Positions 61,511 to 64,000 of a stretch of DNA of 64,000 nt are shown one piece after another. How positions within the stretch are numbered: the stretch's first letter is position 1; each line of letters begins with the position of its first letter. The notes under the pieces are model-generated. The model did no database searches and had not been told where the DNA came from. It saw only the letters and a program-made list of their open reading frames with translations. Position numbers and translations under genes: made by a program. The stretch comes from Vicugna vicugna (taxonomy: Eukaryota): contig MU058844.1 of NCBI GenBank assembly GCA_013265495.1, forward strand, positions 1,556,941-1,620,940. The letters are read 5' to 3'.

Positions 61511-62965
61511 CTGAGAAGAATTTAAATAAATGAAAACCAGGTACTGTATATAAAAATCAACACATTAAAGATTTTGTTTGATTCATAATGAGAGAAACAG
61601 GCAGATGTTATAACTGATCCAAAAGAGAATCCATGAATAGATAAATCTGTAGATTACAGATATTGAAATGAATTTATAAATGGAGATGAAACTGATTTTT
61701 CTGAAGAGTGAGAATGGCTGCCCCTCCACTGGTAAGAATTCATTTGCATATGCATAGACAAAAATTATTTTGTGTTGCTATCAGCTACCTATAACTCACA
61801 AAGTTGTAATATTGTGCCCATTTAATTAAAATCTGATAAGGACGAAGAAATGTATAGAAAGATTACACATTATAGAAATGTATAGTTTCTGATTGAAACA
61901 CAAATTCTTCCCTACAGAATTGGTAAGAAGACTTTGGAAAAAAATAAACCTTATTTTGTTGAAAAACAGAAAATGGTAGAAAAGAAAGTCTTCAAAGATT
62001 TTTTTTTTATTTGACCAAGACTGAACTCCACCATAGATCAGAGTAGCATGAAACTCTAGATATAAGAAAAGAATCATAGCACTTCATATCTTCATATTTT
62101 ATCTCTCCAATCACCATGTTGTAATTACCAAGGCCATTCCTTCTGGGGGACTCTCTCTGTTCTAAATTCGTCAAAGTTAAGGTGCTAGATGACTTTACAT
62201 TTAGGGGTTGGAAAACCATTGCCGACTTGACTTTGTGAAGTGAGTATACCTATAAAAGCAACGTCAGGTGTAGAGAGAATGCTAATGTTAAGATGGCTTC
62301 TATGTTGCCTAAAATGGCTTCCTAAGTAATCAATCAGCATTCCAAGCCTTGTTTGACACAACACTTCATGTCTTTAATTACAAAACAGAAATCTCGTTTT
62401 TACTTTAACTTCTTAAATCCTGGTGGAGAATATTCTGTGATTTAAAATTGTAATGATGATGTTGATAAAACAAGTATACATATGGGCATAACTGTCATTC
62501 AAATTTAATACTGTCCTGCCAGACTTTAGTTTATCCTGGTTGTAGACATTCAAGACACATTTGTTGTTTGAGGCATTATTCCACACACACACAAAATTCT
62601 TAGCAACCTCAATTCCTATTGTCAAATATGAAATGACATGTTGAATAATGAGAAAAAAACCTTGTCAAATGTATTTCCTCTAACAGTTGGAATCAGTAAC
62701 CTTAATAGAGTGTATACTCTTTTTACAGCCTCACCATTTTCTGAAAATAGAAGAGCATATTGGGTAATGTTTGAGTTTTTGGTACATAATTCCAAACTGT
62801 ACCTGGTGGAAACTCACATCGACTGTTAGATATGCCTCTTGAATTTTGGACAAATCAGAAAAGAGTTTCAACTTTTGTATCAGAGGATTGAGCTTGAAAT
62901 ATAAGCAAATCAATATTATTTAAGAAACCATTCTCAAAATTGAGAAATTTCACCCTAAAAGTGGT

Positions 62966-63462
62966 TGTGATAGGCTGAGTAATGGTGCCCCAAAGATATT
63001 AAATCCTAATCCCTGGAACCTGCAAGTGATCCTTCATATGGAAACAGGGTGTTTGTAAATGTGATTGGATCTTGACATGGGGAGATTATCCTGGAACATA
63101 AGGGTGGGCTCTAGATGCTATTACTTGTATCCTTATAAGAGGGCAGCAGCAGAAGCATGCACAATACACAACAAAGGAGAAGATGAAGTGAAGACAGAGA
63201 AGAGAGATTTGAAAATACTGGCCTTGACATTGGAGTGATGTAGCCACAAGCCAAGGAATGCCACCAGCCACCCAAAGCTACTAGAGGCAAGGAATGAATT
63301 CTCCTTTAGAGCTTCCAAAGGGAGTGCAGCTTCAAAGCCTAGATTTCAGCCCAGTGTTAGTGAGTTCAGACGTCTGGCCTCCAGATTTGTGAAACAAAAT
63401 TTTGCTGTTTTAAGCCACAAGTTTATGGTAATTTGTTACAGCAGCCTCAGTTAACTAGTACA
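62966..63462 (+). mobile_element. MLT1C-like MaLR solo LTR
   Basis: tgtgataggctgagtaatggtgccccaaagat...gccacaagccaaggaatgcc...gttttaagccacaagtttatggtaatttgttacagcagcc...aactagtaca; TSD gtggt/atggt. Confidence 0.93.
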
Positions 63463-63629
63463 ATGGTGATGAAATATACTTATCAAATCCTTCAAATGGC
63501 TTTGGTGTTTGCTGAGATCAGCAGTTGTGTCTTTCATTCTAAGTCTCCTGGGATTATCATACACATTTCTCCAGTTAGAGTCACCCACTGCCTTCTGTCA
63601 GAGCCCTCTGCATAAAGTTTTATACTAGC

Positions 63630-64000
63630 ACGTATCATCTTATTCCAGTTTGTGAAAACCACCTCCGTTTTTAGCATAAAACCCTACATTTTATTATGCT
63701 CATGAATTCTGTGGGACAGGAATTGGTCAGGGTGCAAAAAGATGGCTTGGTCTGTTCCACAATCCCTGGGGCCTCACTGGGAAGACTGAAATGTCTGAGG
63801 AGCTGGTATCATATGGAAATTTGTCTCAGTCACATGACTTGGGCTAAAATGACAAAAAAGTTGGGCTTACTTTGCATGGTTGACTATAGCCCTTACATGT
63901 AACCTCTTAGGTTTCTCACAGCATGGTGACTAAGTTCCAAGAGGGAGCATCTAAGCCAAATGTAAACGTTTCCATCACACCATATGGGCTTATGAACTCT
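63630..64000 (-). mobile_element. Old MLT1 (F/G/H-like) LTR, running off the window end
   Basis: ttttattatgctcatgaattctgtgggacaggaattggtcagggtgca...ggggcctcactgggaagactgaa...tctcacagcatggtgac...ttccaagagggagcatc. Confidence 0.75.

Noticed and set aside
274..63902. All ORFs in the supplied six-frame track as protein-coding genes
   Set aside because: All are short (up to 164 aa), many start at non-ATG codons, none resembles a host protein I recognise, and many lie in repeats. The only recognisable peptide is an L1 ORF2 tail (11574-11837).
1..64000. CRISPR array, operon or other prokaryotic/viral defence system
   Set aside because: No regularly spaced direct repeats and no gene-dense segment; the window is consistent with mammalian non-coding DNA throughout.

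Overview
Eutherian nuclear DNA, most likely from a camelid (alpaca, llama or camel). The taxon call rests on a Vic-1-type tRNA-derived SINE and cetartiodactyl-style L1 3' ends. The window is AT-rich, CpG-depleted and repeat-dense: L1, L2, MIR, ERVL/MaLR and ERV1 LTRs, hAT-Charlie and Tigger MITEs, microsatellites, and one 281-N assembly gap. I can support no protein-coding exon, tRNA, rRNA or CRISPR array. The supplied ORFs are short chance frames, many inside repeats, so the region looks intergenic or deep-intronic. Repeat family names come from remembered consensus sequences, not a search, so subfamilies and boundaries are approximate. The most unusual signal is a hammerhead-ribozyme-like core at 27848-27937: CTGATGA, a perfect 5-bp stem II with a cUUCGg loop, GAAA, and an in-register but imperfect stem III and stem I. 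It may be a decayed ribozyme or chance. Other observations are nested transposon structures, a chimeric ERVL remnant and several candidate enhancer-like motif clusters. I found no convincing novel multi-gene system.
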